DNA of 64,000 nt from the human T2T-CHM13v2.0 reference genome, Homo sapiens, in NCBI RefSeq assembly GCF_009914755.1, contig NC_060933.1. The stretch is one strand, 5' to 3'. Made by a program: the position numbers and the translations under genes. Below, piece by piece: positions 14,830 to 28,671 of the stretch. How positions within the stretch are numbered: the first letter of the stretch is position 1; the number at the start of each line of letters is the position of its first letter. Below the pieces are notes generated by a model, which was not told the origin of the DNA, did no database searches, and saw nothing but the letters and a program-made list of their open reading frames with translations.

Positions 14830-16800
14830 ACAAATGCAATGGAGATGAATGGGTTTAATTGGTTACAAAAGGCAGGTATCCCAGAGAACTCTCCTGTGAG
14901 ATTTATGAGAACTGCTGAAACTGGATGGAAACACTTATTTGAGAAAAATGCTCTTCTCAGGAGGCGTTGGAGGAAGTCTTTCTGGTTGACAATGAAACAT
15001 ACATCCCCAAAGATGGAGGTGGTGCCCTAAGGTTCCTGGTATGTCTCCCAGAAGGCCAGGGTAGAGCAAGCAGCAAGCCATTCACAAAGCTCACCACAGG
15101 GACTGGCCCTGATGGATCTGCCCAACCTCTCACCTCCAGGGACCTCTTGGGTATTGTCCAGGTGTTTCTGGCCTGGGTTCTCCCCTTGCCCCTTGGTAAT
15201 TCACTCCCTGAGTCTTTCCTTGGGTGACTCATCCAGTCCCTTTTTGTCTCCTTCTCAGGCCCGGCCCTGAGACCCCTCATTCTGTAGCATTTGGAGCCCC
15301 TTGTGGTGTGTTTTGGGCTCTTCCCCAGGCTGTGCCTGAGACCCTTCCCATGTCCTTCCTCAGCTGAGACTTTGCTGGGCTCCTCACATAGAAACTTCCT
15401 GGTGACTCCACTCAATTTCTCCCAGGTCCTCACCGCTCTGGCCCCTAAACTAAGAGGGCTTGACAGTGATGTCTGTCTTGGGCTGAGACGTCCCTGGTAA
15501 TTTGCCTTGATGCTATGCCAAGGCCAGAGACTCTTGGATCCTGCAGGCCAGACCCCTACAGTGTTAGATGTGTGTCTTTTGAAGGTGGTGCTTGGGTTGC
15601 ATCCTGAGCTCACTGCTGGGAGCAAAATGTCCAGGAAGAAGGAGACTGGAAAGTGGCCTAGGAGGCAGGGCTGGGGAGGGTTGGGAGCAGGAAGACTCAA
15701 GGAATCCTGATATTTTTGGACCACAGGGAGTAAACTCCACAAACTTTGCAGCTTCTTTTGCAACAAGAATCACTTAAGGAGCTCAATTTCAGTCAGAGTG
15801 ATAGACTGCACTTCACCCACTGCCCTACAGAAGGGTATTCCAAAGCCCTAATCTATGATGGAGAAAGGAGGATGAGTGTTGAAGTGGGGCATGGGTCTGT
15901 AGTACCAGGGCCGGATATGGGGGTGGTAACTGGCAGGGCTCCAGCCCAGAGCTGTGGCATGGCTGTGGGGTGGGAAAGTCTCTGTGAAGGGGAGTGAGTG
16001 AGCAGAGACCACTTACCTTCTTTAGTACAGAGGGGGCATGAGCTATCCCCACCTGGTTAAGCCAGAGAGGACCCTAGTGGAGAAGAGCTACCAGAGATGG
16101 GGACAATCACCCTGAGTCTCACTGTGCAGGCAGAGGACACCCTGAAGAGCTGGTTCCACACCTGTGGTGCAGGGTGTTCCATGGTTGTGGGATGCGGAGG
16201 CAGCCAAAGCCTGCGCTGCTGCTGTCGTTGCCTTTGTTGCTCCCGCAGGTTTGGATACCTGTGGTGTCTGCTTGTCAACAAGTGACTCTCAGGTATTCTT
16301 AGTCTTCATTTGGTAGCCTGACCTCAGGATTTTGGAAATGAGCCCGACTTTATGCATTTTCCTCCAAAATCCAGACGTCTCCTCTCTGGATAACTTTTCT
16401 GCAGGTGCTCCTGGACATCACAGAGTGGGAGTCTAGCAGCTTCTAGATGCCTGTTTGCAGGGCCTCCCAGAGAGAGGCCTCTAGGGAACAGCTAGAAATG
16501 AACTCTTGCAGGAGAATGGAGCGGAGAGAAGGGGGTGGAACATGTCTGTGCCAGACACTGACTCCAGGGGAGTGTGCAAGGGGCAGGTCCATGCCTGAGA
16601 CTGTAGGGAAGAAGGGACCACCCAGCTGGGCTCTCTGGAGAGGGAGCACTCAGGACAGGACACAGTAGGATTGCAGTTGAGTCCCAGGAGTCAGAGTAAA
16701 GTCTGTCCAAGAAGGAGCAGAGAGGGTGGTAGGTGCAGATCACGTCCAATGAATCAGTGAGATTCATGTGGTAAGTCAAAGTAGGTGGGAGATTGTTGTC
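14830..16800 (-). pseudogene. Decayed SPATA31/FAM75/FAM205-family pseudogene (large terminal exon remnant)
   Basis: Minus-strand translation across frameshifts gives colinear family motifs: PTVSGMD..QEFISSCSLEASLW/GGPANRHLEA..DVQEHLQK (~16620-16400); NQLF/GVLCLHSET (~16155-16112, family QLFWGLPSLHSESL); LQKKLQSLWSLLPVVQKYQDSLSLPAPNPPQ (from 15766); LPGHFAPSSELRMQPKHHLQKTHI*HCRGLACRIQESLAL (family [37 protein letters not shown]); GKGLRHSLGKSPKH..PEKETKRDWM..DSGSELPR; QKHLDNT. Multiple stops and frameshifts. The family motifs are recalled from memory; boundaries are approximate. Confidence 0.85.
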
Positions 16801-17046
16801 CTAACAGAGAAAGTGTCAGGTGGGGAGCTTGGGTCAGGGACCAAGAGAAGTTTGGTTAGGTAATAAAATCCAGTGTCTGAGTGTGTTGTGAAGCTTGAAA
16901 GGGAAGGTTAGTTATTTCCTGGTTTATATCATGCACCAATCACAGTGCAAGACATACAACAGACAATAAGGACTTGCTGAAAAAAAGCAGGGAATGAAGG
17001 AATCCTTAAACTCATAAAAATGAGCCAGGAATAGTGGCATAGATAA

Positions 17047-17571
<525 letters not shown>

Positions 17572-17689
17572 CTTTTAAGATACTTTTCCTCGGACCATTA
17601 CATCACTTGGAAATAAATTCTAGTTCCACACGTATAGTTTGTTTTCTGAATAGTGTCATTAAAAATTCTTATAAACACGAATTCACTCA

Positions 17690-17763
17690 TTTTTTTGTAT
17701 TTTTTTTAAATTATACTTTAAGTTTTAGGGTACATGTGCACAACGTGGAGGTTAGTTACATAT
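17690..17763 (-). mobile_element. Very short L1PA 3'-end stub
   Basis: 'ttatactttaagttttagggtacatgtgcacaacgtg...gttagttacatat' is the antisense L1PA terminus. Confidence 0.85.
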
Positions 17764-17849
17764 CTTATTCTTTTTCCCACCCCATCCTTCATCCATTTAG
17801 TTCTGCCCCAGCCTCTGCCACCCCAAGTAATAAATTTTTTATTAGGTTC

Positions 17850-18345
17850 TTACGTATTTTTCAGTTTTTAATGTAAAAGTAAGCAAACTCAAATACTTAA
17901 TTCTTTGCTCCTTTTGTACAAAGGATATCACATTATCTGTATTGTTTTACCTGCATTTCTGACTTGATAATAGATATTAGAAATATTTCTTTATTACTTA
18001 ACAGAGAGTACCCTCATTCTTTTTGACCAAACTGCATAGTGTTGATGGACATTTGTTTGTTTTTCCCCATCTTTTGCACTGTAAGTGATGCCACAATGAA
18101 TAACTTCATGTACACATTATTTTGCAAGTTTCCTTGTAGAATAAATCTCCATCATGACACTGCTGACTGAAAGGGCATATGCATTTGAAATGTTTATGGT
18201 TATTGCCAAAATGCCCTCCATGTACCTTGTACCAATTTATATTCACACCAGAAATACATAAGTACCTACTTCCTCATAGCTTTGCCAACAGAGTGTGTCA
18301 TTAAACTTTTTAGGTATTTGCCATTCTGAGAGGTAAAAAGTGGTA
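17850..18345 (-). mobile_element. Ancient L1M/L1ME fragment
   Basis: 'gatggacatttg...ccacaatgaataac...ttgtaccaatttatattcacaccag'. Confidence 0.6.
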
Positions 18346-19184
18346 TACAGGCATACATAATTGGTTGTACACACACACACACACCTTGTTCACTGAGATT
18401 TCTGTTAAGTGAAATAAGTGAAATAGCCCAAGATAATGTAGTGTCTTGCTCCAGCAAAAGAAATGAGAAGCCTAATTGTCTGAGGCCTACTCTTTGGAGA
18501 CAGGGGGATGAATGACACGATGTATCCAAATCATCTACAGACCTAAGCATTGCATCCTACAAATTCAGAACAAAATAAACCACCTCTCTCGTGGTGGGAA
18601 CTCCTGGAAAGGACCAGGTTGTAAATTGCTACGGAAGAACAATTTCCGGTACTCAATTCTGCAACACTGTCCATTGCTTTCACCATAAATGTCTAACGTG
18701 AATCTGTGTCTATCAACACAGCCCTACATTTTCAGATGAGATTAATCAATGTCATCACAAAAGGCCACACATGATGGTGATTTGAGGAAGGAGAGGCAGT
18801 GTAAAAAGTCAAACCAGAGCGGATTGGTGCATTTTCAGATCGTGAGCATAATTTGCATCTGTAATTTTATTCAGCAACTCCCAGATGGAGTATAGAGATA
18901 TTTCCGTTTTTGTTTATCTTGTCATAGATCGTGCTTTTGGTTAAATTAGCCCTGATAAAACTTTTCTTTACTATTTTGGCCCATCAACACTATTTTGAGT
19001 TTACAAATGTTTAGGAAACTGCTGACATTTTATAAATAACTAACTCCATTTAATTACCCTCCACTTCCAACCGTGTCCCACCACTCTAAATAAGGGAGCT
19101 TTTGTAATTTGAAATTAAACAGCTTTCTACAGTGACCCTAGTCCCAACTTTCCCCCAAAATTCAAGCTCTATTGAAATTATAAT

Positions 19185-19390
19185 AATAATTAACCTAATA
19201 TTGAGCAGTTACGAAGTATCATGCTCTTAACTTGTAAAAAATTATCAATCCTCACAGCGTTTTATGAGATAGTCATTGTTATCTCCATTTGAAGATGAGA
19301 AACTGAGGTTAAATTACTATGCCAATTATTTCTTACCTAGACATATACAGCCTGGTTTTGAATGCAGATAAGTCTTGTTCCAAAAACCGG
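19185..19390 (-). mobile_element. MIR
   Basis: Core 'atctccatttgaagatgagaaactgagg'. Confidence 0.65.
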
Positions 19391-22300
19391 AAAGTTAAAA
19401 AGTGAAAGAGATAGTATATTTCTTCAGGTCAAGTAAGTGCTTGATTTCATTCAAGTTTCATTTAGCTGACTCAGATCTCTTCCCCTCACCCAAAACATTT
19501 TGATAATTTTAAAGGCACTCATTTAATCCTACCACCATAAAACACTTTTTATGACTTTTCCATGTCCTCTTTCAGTCTTTGAACACACAAATATTTTATG
19601 TTGCTGTAATTATAGCATCATGGTAACATTTTATATTCTGCTTTTTCAATTAATAGTATATCATAAATGTTTTCCATGCTATTACATAGTATTCATAATT
19701 ATTTTAATTACTTTATAATATTCTATGCAGTTAACCTACCACATTGATTTAAGTATTCTCTTATCATTGAATTCACAACTTCATTTAAATTCTGCAGTCA
19801 TAAATAATACAGCAATAAATATTTTAATGCTTATAGCTTTATGCCGCAATTTAAATTACTTCCATAGGATAAATTTGTAGGAGTGGGTATAAGAGCATCA
19901 TATATGTCTGTCCCAATTTCTGCTACAATGGCAGTGAATGAGCAGGCCATTTTCCCCACAACCTCATTAGCAATAATAATGAACTACTTTAAAATGGTCG
20001 GGTTAATTTAGCAGAACACAATGCTATCTGGGTGTGAATTTATTTATTTGTATTTAGTTACTAAGCTGAAGGATAATTCATTTTAGAAATAAGAAGACAT
20101 GCATAAAACAATAAACAAATACATCTTCTAGCTTATATCACCCAGACTATTTTTCCCCCCAACCTAAACATTTAAGCTAGGGTCCTGAAAGTACTGAGTT
20201 TGATCTGGTAGAAATGTGTAGCCATTACATTTAGCGAGCTCTGCGTCAGGTTTCTGATTAGGCTCCAAATAGAAAAGAGTTTTCTTAGCTTTCTGTTCCC
20301 ATTAGAAAGTGATGCATTATGCTCTGACCTGGGTAACCTTGGCCCAGTGCCCCCTAAAGACTTGGACTATGTTTTCATTGCCAAGATCTCAATGTCCTTT
20401 GAGCAACACCCTCTATTAAAAGGAACTGAGGAGGTAGGAAAGAATGTGGCACAAAGGTAAAACTAGAACTCATTATCTTCAACTCAATCTAATAAGAAAA
20501 GATGCAAACAACTCCAAATTGGCACCAGAGTGAAAATCTACACTTTTCTCCACGAAAAACTACCTACATTGATTTTTTTTCTTGTACCATTAAAGGTCAG
20601 AATGAAAAATTCTTTGCCCTTTAAGATTGTCCCATAAATAGGCTATTTTTTGCTCAGAGTGAGGATTTTTCCATACAGCTCTAATAACTTATTCATTTCC
20701 TCCCCTCAGCAAACACAAACAGCTTAGGCTTTATAAACAAGCCCACTACAAAAGGAATGCCACATGGGGAGACCTTCACACTATAATTCACAAAGACAAA
20801 ATGCCTTGATACCTACTCCTTAGACTATGGAAATTACTGTACAAATCGGATAGTTTTGTCATTTTGTTCAACACACATATCACATTATCCAAATTACCTT
20901 TTTTATAGGGCATAAATAAACTGCAAAAGGACACCTCTAGACATTGCAATACCCACTCAGGGACTGCATTACATGAAAGGAAATGGACAGATGAAACTTG
21001 TGTCAATGATCATTTTTCTTCTTCACACATCAAATAAAGACATCTCCAGAGCAGTTACTATGGTGTGAAATGTCATTTTCTTGGTAATTAATGAGTAACG
21101 TCTAAGATCTACAGAGAGAGTTCTTGGAAATCTGAACGCTTTGAAAACCCTTGTGGGCCATAAATCACTGCCTTGAATTTTCACAAGCCTTTCACATTTC
21201 AAAAGTAGTATGTATGCTAGGGTCCAGAGTTGATTTTTTCCTCCCTATATGAATTCTTGTGTTTGTAGGTTGTAGTTTTTTAGAATAGAGTTAGCCCATA
21301 ATAGCTTTTACAGCAATAAAGGCAATTTTATTGAAGGCTTGCTTTATTGCTACTGAATATAACACATTTATTATCTACTTTTATTTCTCTGAGCAAAGTC
21401 TCTGAGCAATAAGGAAATCTTTGCAAATCTGTGCATTCCAAAAGTTCAGTTCAGTGCACTGAGAGTACCATGGATAACATATTCACATCCATAAAAAATT
21501 TTGAACCCTACAACTGCCTAGTTAGGGTAGATAATATTAATTTCTTTTGTAGAAGAAGAGGGTATCCCTCAGCAATGCAACAGGGTCAGCCAGATAGTAA
21601 ATAGCAGAAGAATTTAAGATTCATAGTTCCTTGCCCTTCTTGCTATAGCACCATGGCTTCACTGGGAATAATGAGCCCTCTGAAATTACAGACCAAGTTT
21701 AGGATAGAGGGTTGGGGCCAGTCCCTCTCCACATTTCACATCACTCTGCCTTGAAGCAGGTGTGGATCCAGAGTCAAGTCTTGCAAACTTCAATCTATTC
21801 CTTTGCAGACAACCCTCAGTCCTTCTAAATCATTCTAGTATGTCTTTCCACTTACATTTGGATAGCAGGACACAGATAAAGGCTACAAACTAAGTTCGTG
21901 GGCAAGTTTTAAACACTGTTTTTGCATAGCTGAAGGCAGATGGCCCAATAGCAAACACTATAGTCAGTGAAAATAGGTCATTCCTAGGAAACGTTCTGAA
22001 GACAAAAGGGCCAGGAAAGATTTGAATTTGCTCAGGTCTATGCTGGCTTAAGTTCATAGATATGTACAAGAAAAGCACACTGTGACAGTTCATTCTGATA
22101 TTCTACCCATAGAACAGAACTTGCCATAATTCAGATTCCTTTTAAATTTGAGTAAAGAGATTTATTTGCTAAGTTGCCAAATGGACTTATTGTAAAAAGA
22201 TTTCCTGGAAATTAGTTTTCTTTTGCCCTTCCCCACCCTCTCCAATCCTTTAATAGTATCATAAAATTTCTATGTATATGGGATAAGACATTCAGGAAGT

Positions 22301-22686
22301 TTATCGAAGATGTTTTTGTTCATTATTCTTTGTATAACATAGATCACAAACGTCATGGAAGAATTGAAATGACAGTAATTTATGATAAAGTATCAACGTT
22401 CAGTGTGCAATTTCTCAGTTGTTTTCAATGGGTTTCCTTCTTTTCTATACACTGTTGGGTAAGGGGAAGGACAAAGATGTGTTATTAGAGAAAACTTATC
22501 ACAGCAATTAGCAGTGGTAGAAAAGAAAATGTCCACGGAGAAAGTAAGTGCCATAACATTTAACAACTAGCAGCAACTTCTGGCAATATGATACTAATTA
22601 AATCTTGAAGGGCCTGTTTCATCCTTTAGTCTTACACAGATTGTTCTGCCCAGGCAAAATGATAACTCAGGTAGTTATATGGATAA

Positions 22687-23493
<807 letters not shown>

Positions 23494-24975
23494 AAAGATG
23501 GTGATAAGACACATAAAGTTTTCAATGTGTGTTGCTTTTTAAAAAATTATTTTAACTAAATATGTATTAACGGAGTTCACAATTCCCTCAGTACTGAAGC
23601 TTTTAGAGCCTCAACACTGTAACTGGCAGTTCTAGAATATTTTGAAAAAAAAACCTTTGCTTTTCTTTAACAAAATAAGGAAGAGGGACCCTATCTTCAT
23701 AGTATGTGAAGATACAATAATATATATTATATAAATAAAATGTTATAATACTAATATATAATATAATATTTAGGGAAATAGATTTCTTCATGTGAGTGAG
23801 AATATTGTTCCCATTTTAACTGATTTTTAAACTGCTGAAAAATGCATATTTAAGAACTATCACTTAATATGCTATAAATTATATTACATTATAGATGACT
23901 GATTATAATTGTTGAGTAATAATCAAAGCTGACATGTTCAGAATGCCATACAGGAACCTTCTGTCCTAGACTTCTACTTCCTGGAGCTTGTATGGGCTGC
24001 AACATGCAGCTTAAATGGAGAAAAAACATCAGTAGTAGGATCGGTGAAGACATATCAATGGGATAATGATATATTCAGGGATTTATAATTTGTATCTTTC
24101 ATTAAAATTTCTGCATCACAGAAATTAACACAGGGTGCTTTGCCCTTGAAAAGGCATGACCTTAATCTATGGAGGATGTGGGAAAAGCCCCTTTAGTATC
24201 TCTCCATGAACACAGACCACAGGTATCGGCCATCCAACAATGTGGTTGACTTGAAACTCCAAGTTAAAGTAAATATCCATGTGATATTTCCAGTTACTTG
24301 AATTTTTAGAGGCAACTCTAAATAGTAGGTTCTAATCTTCAGCAATTTGTTTTTACTCTTAATAACTCTATGAGCATAGGTTAATCTGGTTTGATCTAGG
24401 CTGTTGTCCCTACTATTAAGGATTTGAGATGGCATTTCATGATTAACTCCTACAATATCTCCTCTGGGGTATGTTAGACTATGTGTATGAACCACAAGCA
24501 GTGCTGAAATGGGAAACATGGAATTATTTTAATAACTATGCAAGTGTTCAATGTCCTCTCATTGCAAGGCACTTCTGGCAAGTTGTGCTGGAGCATGTGG
24601 CCTAATCCAGCAGACTCAGAGTCCACTCTGCCATCCATAGACAAAGACAGTCTTTCAAAGAACAAGACCTTCATGCTTACCTTACAGAGGAAGAGAGCAT
24701 ATCATCATAGAGCACCTTTCTTTTCTAGGAAGCAGGAATAAAGGAGAGAGCAAGGGAGATATTGTCCTTTCCCTTTACACATCTTATAATTTGAGCAAGA
24801 CACACAGAATGAAAGCTTCATCTACTAATGAGCAGGTTTTCCCCCGAGTGTGCAAGATCTCAGGGTCATACAGTAGTGTTCCTAATTGCCTCAAGGAAAC
24901 ATTTCTGAGCCCAACTATGGGTCATTGTCACACTCCTTTTTTTCTCTGGATTCAGGTTCCTGAAAATGATCTACA

Positions 24976-27385
24976 TCTGTGGTTCTCAGACGTCGGCTCC
25001 AGATCAGCAGCCTCACCATCACCTGGGAACTGATTAGACCTGCAAATTTTAGAGCCCAATCCACACTTACTGAATCAGAAACATTGGAGTTGCACTTAGC
25101 AAGATGTGTTTTGTTTTGTTTTCCTCTTTCCAACTTTTATTTTAGGCTTCAGGGGTACAGGTGCAGATGTGTTACATGGGTAAATTGTGTGTTGTGGAGT
25201 TTTGGTGTACAGATAGTTTTGTCAGTCAGGTAATCAGCATAATTCCTGACAGGTAGTTTTTCAGTTCTCATACTCCACCCTCAAGTAGGCCCCAATGTCT
25301 AGTGTTCCTTTCTTTGTGTCCATGTATACTCAGTGTTTAGCTCTTACTTATAAGTGAGAACACACAATATTTGTTTTTTTGTTCCTGCTTTAATTTGCTT
25401 AGGATAGTGACCTCTAGCTCCATCCATGTTGCTGCAGAGGACATGATCTCATTCTTTTTTATGGCTGTGTAGTATTCCATGGTATGTATGTACCACATTT
25501 GCTTTATCCAGTCCACCACTGATGGACAGCTAGGTGGATTCCATGTCTTGGCTATTACAAATAGTGCTGCAATGAATATACATATGCATGTGTCTTTATG
25601 GTAGAATGATTTATATTCCTTTGGATATACACCCAGTAATGAGATTACTGGGTTGAATGGTAGTTCTGTTTTAAGTTCTTTGAGAAATCCCCAGACTGCT
25701 TTCCACAGTTGCTGAACTGATTTACATTTCCACCAACAGTTATAAGTGTTCCCTTTTCTCCACAACTTCACCAGCACTTGTTATTTTTTTTTTTTTACTT
25801 TTTAATAATAACCATTCTGACTGGTGAGAGATCGTATCTCATTGTGGTTTTGATTTGTATTTCCCTAATGATTAGTGATACTGAAAATTTTTTCATATGC
25901 TTGTTGGCCATGTGTGTGTTGTCTTTTGAGAAGTATCTGTTCATGTCTGTTCATGTCCTTTGACTATTTTTTTTAAATGGGACTATTTGTTTTTCACTCA
26001 TTGATTTCTTTAAGTTTCTTATAGATTCTGGATACTAAGACCTTTGTCAGAGGGATAGTTTGCAAATATTTTTTCTCATTCTGTGGATTATCTGTTTATT
26101 CTATTGATTGTTTCTTTTGCTGTGGAGAAGCTCCTTAGTTTAATTATGTCCCAATGTCTATTTTTGTTTTTGTTGCAGTTGCTTTTGGAGTCTTCATCAT
26201 GGAGTCTTTGCCAGGGCCTATGTCCAGAATAGTATTGCCTAGGTTTTCTTATAGAGTTTTTATAGTTTTAGGTTTACATTTAAGTCTTTAATCCATCTAG
26301 AATTGATTTTTTATATGGTAAAATATAGAGGTCCAGTTTCAATCTTTTGCGTATAGCTAGCCAGTTTTCACAGCACCATTTACTGAATAGGGAGTCCTTT
26401 CTTCATTGCTTGTTTTTGTCTGCTTTGTCAAAGATCAGATGGTCATAGGCGTCCAGTCTTATTTCTGGGTTTTCTATGTTTTTTTTCCATTGATCTAAGT
26501 GTCTGTTTTTGTACCAGTACCATGCTGTTTTAGTTACTGTAACCTTATAACATCATTTGAAGTCAGGTAGTGTGATTCCTCCAGTTTCAATCTTTTTGCT
26601 TAGGATTGCTTTCACTATTTGGGCTTTTTTTTTTTTTGATTCCAAATGAATTTTAGAATGTTTTTCCCTAATTTTGTGAAAAATGTCATTGGTAGCTTGA
26701 TAGGAATAACATTGAATCTGTAAATTGCTTTGGGTAGTATGGCTATTTTTTATAATATTGATTCTTCCTATCAATGAGCATGGAATGTTTTTCATTTGCT
26801 TTTGTTGCCTCTGGCTTTTTTGGGCACTGTTTTGTAATTATTGTAGAGATCTTTCACCTCCCTGGTTAGCTGCATTCCTAGGTATTTTATTCTTTCTGTG
26901 GTATTTTGAATGGGATTGCATTCTAGATTTGACTCTCAGCTTGGACATTATTGTTGTACAGAAATGCTGCTGATTTTTGCACATTGATTTTGTATCCTGA
27001 AACTTTGCTTAAGTTTGTTTATCAAACCTAGGAGCCTTTGGGCAGAGACTATGGGGTTTCATAGGTATAGAATCATATCATCTGCGAAGTGAGATAGTTT
27101 GACTTCCTCTTTTCCTATTTGGGTGCCTTTTATTTCTTCCTCTTGCCTGATTGCTCTGGCCAGGACTTCCAATACTATGTCGAATAAGAGTGGTAAGAAT
27201 GAGCTCAAGGGGAATGTTTCCAGCTTTTGCCTGTTCGGGTGTGATGTAGGCTGTGGGTTTGTCATAGATGGCTCTTATTACTTTTAGGTATGTACCTTTG
27301 ATGTCTAGTTTGTTAAGGGCGATCTGTGTTTTAATGGGCCTTTCATATAATTCTGAAGTGCACTAAAGTTTGAGGAACAGTGTTC
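24976..27385 (+). mobile_element. MER5A split by an L1 insertion
   Basis: 'gtggttctcag...cagcagcctcaccatcacctgggaact...actgaatcagaaac' resumes after the L1 as 'atctgtgttttaa...aaagtttgaggaac'. Confidence 0.7.
25115..27320 (-). mobile_element. 5'-truncated L1 (L1PA13-16-like), ~2.2 kb
   Basis: Antisense 3'UTR and ORF2 C-terminus (ORF 25337-25777: CWWKCKSVQQLWKAVWGFLKELKTELPFNP). Confidence 0.9.
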
Positions 27386-27436
27386 TAGAGAAGTGTTTCT
27401 CAAAAGCAGGGGACATATGGAACTCCTGGAGATCTT

Positions 27437-27736
27437 GTTTATTTATTTTTCATTTGTTTGTTTTTCGAGACAAGGTTTTGCTCTGCTGCCCAGGCTGGAG
27501 TGCAGTGACATGATCACGGTTCACTGCAGCATCAACCTCCCAGGCTCAGGTGATCCTCCCACATCAATCTCTTGAGTAGCTGGGACTACAGGTGTGCACC
27601 ACCACGTTAGGCTAATTTTTGTATCTTTTGCAGATATGGGGTCCCACTTTGTTGCCCAGGCTAGTCTTGAACTCCTGGGTTCAAGTAATCCACCTGCCTC
27701 GTCCTCCCAAAGTGCTGGAATTACAGACATGAGCCA
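27437..27736 (-). mobile_element. AluJ inside a second MER5-type element (~27391-27820)
   Basis: Antisense Alu flanked by MER5-like 'gtgtttctcaaaa' and 'ctgcattctaacatgcttccaggtgat'. Confidence 0.85.
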
Positions 27737-28591
27737 AATGGGGCTTGAAGCTCTGCATTCTAACATGCTTCCAGGTGATACAGTGCTGCTGGCCTGTGCA
27801 CTACACTTAGAGTAGCAAGGCTTTGGGTGTTCATATTGCTCTTGGTATGTGTAGTTTGGAGAGTTTCAAACTGAGTGAATATTGCACTTGTCCTCTTCAG
27901 AAATAAGCATTAAGTTTCTTTCCCTGGGTGCCCATTGGAATCACTTCTATTACATCGTTTGTCATATTGTACTGGAATTATCTGTTTACTCTTCTGTATT
28001 CCCCTTCTGTCTATCAACGTGTTGATGGCAGGAAGCATGTCTGTTTTGCAGCAACTTTAAGTGCCTGGCATACAAAAGCCCTTTGATAATGGATGATATA
28101 GCAAGATTCTGATCTCTATAGCTATATCCACATAGCTTGTCAACAAGAGATGTATTAAAGCTTCTTGCAAGTAACTTCTCTGTTATTTTTGGCAATCTTC
28201 TGAGAGTTGTTTCCTGCCAGTTTATGATGGACTGGTTAAATCCATGAAGCTGAAAGTCTTTAAGTACAGCCAAAGTGAGATCAACTTTAGTCTTAAATGG
28301 GTATGTGTCTAGTGGAGAGTGGGAGTGAAATAAAGCTGATTTTGGCCTGGCTCCTGTTGAACTGTGACTAAGAGTTTGTTAACAGCTTTCTTTTTTTAGT
28401 TGGCGATTGTCAGTTCCCATAAGAAGCATGGTTCCAATGTGGATAGGCCTGTGTTCTATCTTCAAAAGAGGAATCTCATTTTACCCATAACAGAAGCTGG
28501 AATTCACTTCTCCCTCTGTTCAGAATAATATGGTTAATATGATGAATTATCTCTTTTTTAGCCTGCTTCCCCTTAGTTACTAAATAAAAGA

Positions 28592-28671
28592 GGATATGGA
28601 TAAAAATGGATATGGATAAAAATTTAGATGTGGATATGAATAAAAATGGATATGGATATGGATAAAAATTT
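28592..28671. repeat. Minisatellite (GGATATGGATAAAAAT)n
   Basis: About 4-5 degenerate copies visible. Confidence 0.8.

Noticed and set aside
14957-15766. 269-aa minus-strand ORF as an intact CDS
   Set aside because: It starts at a non-ATG codon and drifts in and out of the SPATA31-homologous frame; the homologous frame has stops and frameshifts, so this is a pseudogene.
18266-18550. ORF containing LGFSFLLL, reminiscent of the SPATA31 exon-1 transmembrane segment
   Set aside because: The match is only a short hydrophobic stretch, no convincing splice donor was found, and the ORF runs into a CA repeat and L1. Not supportable without alignment.
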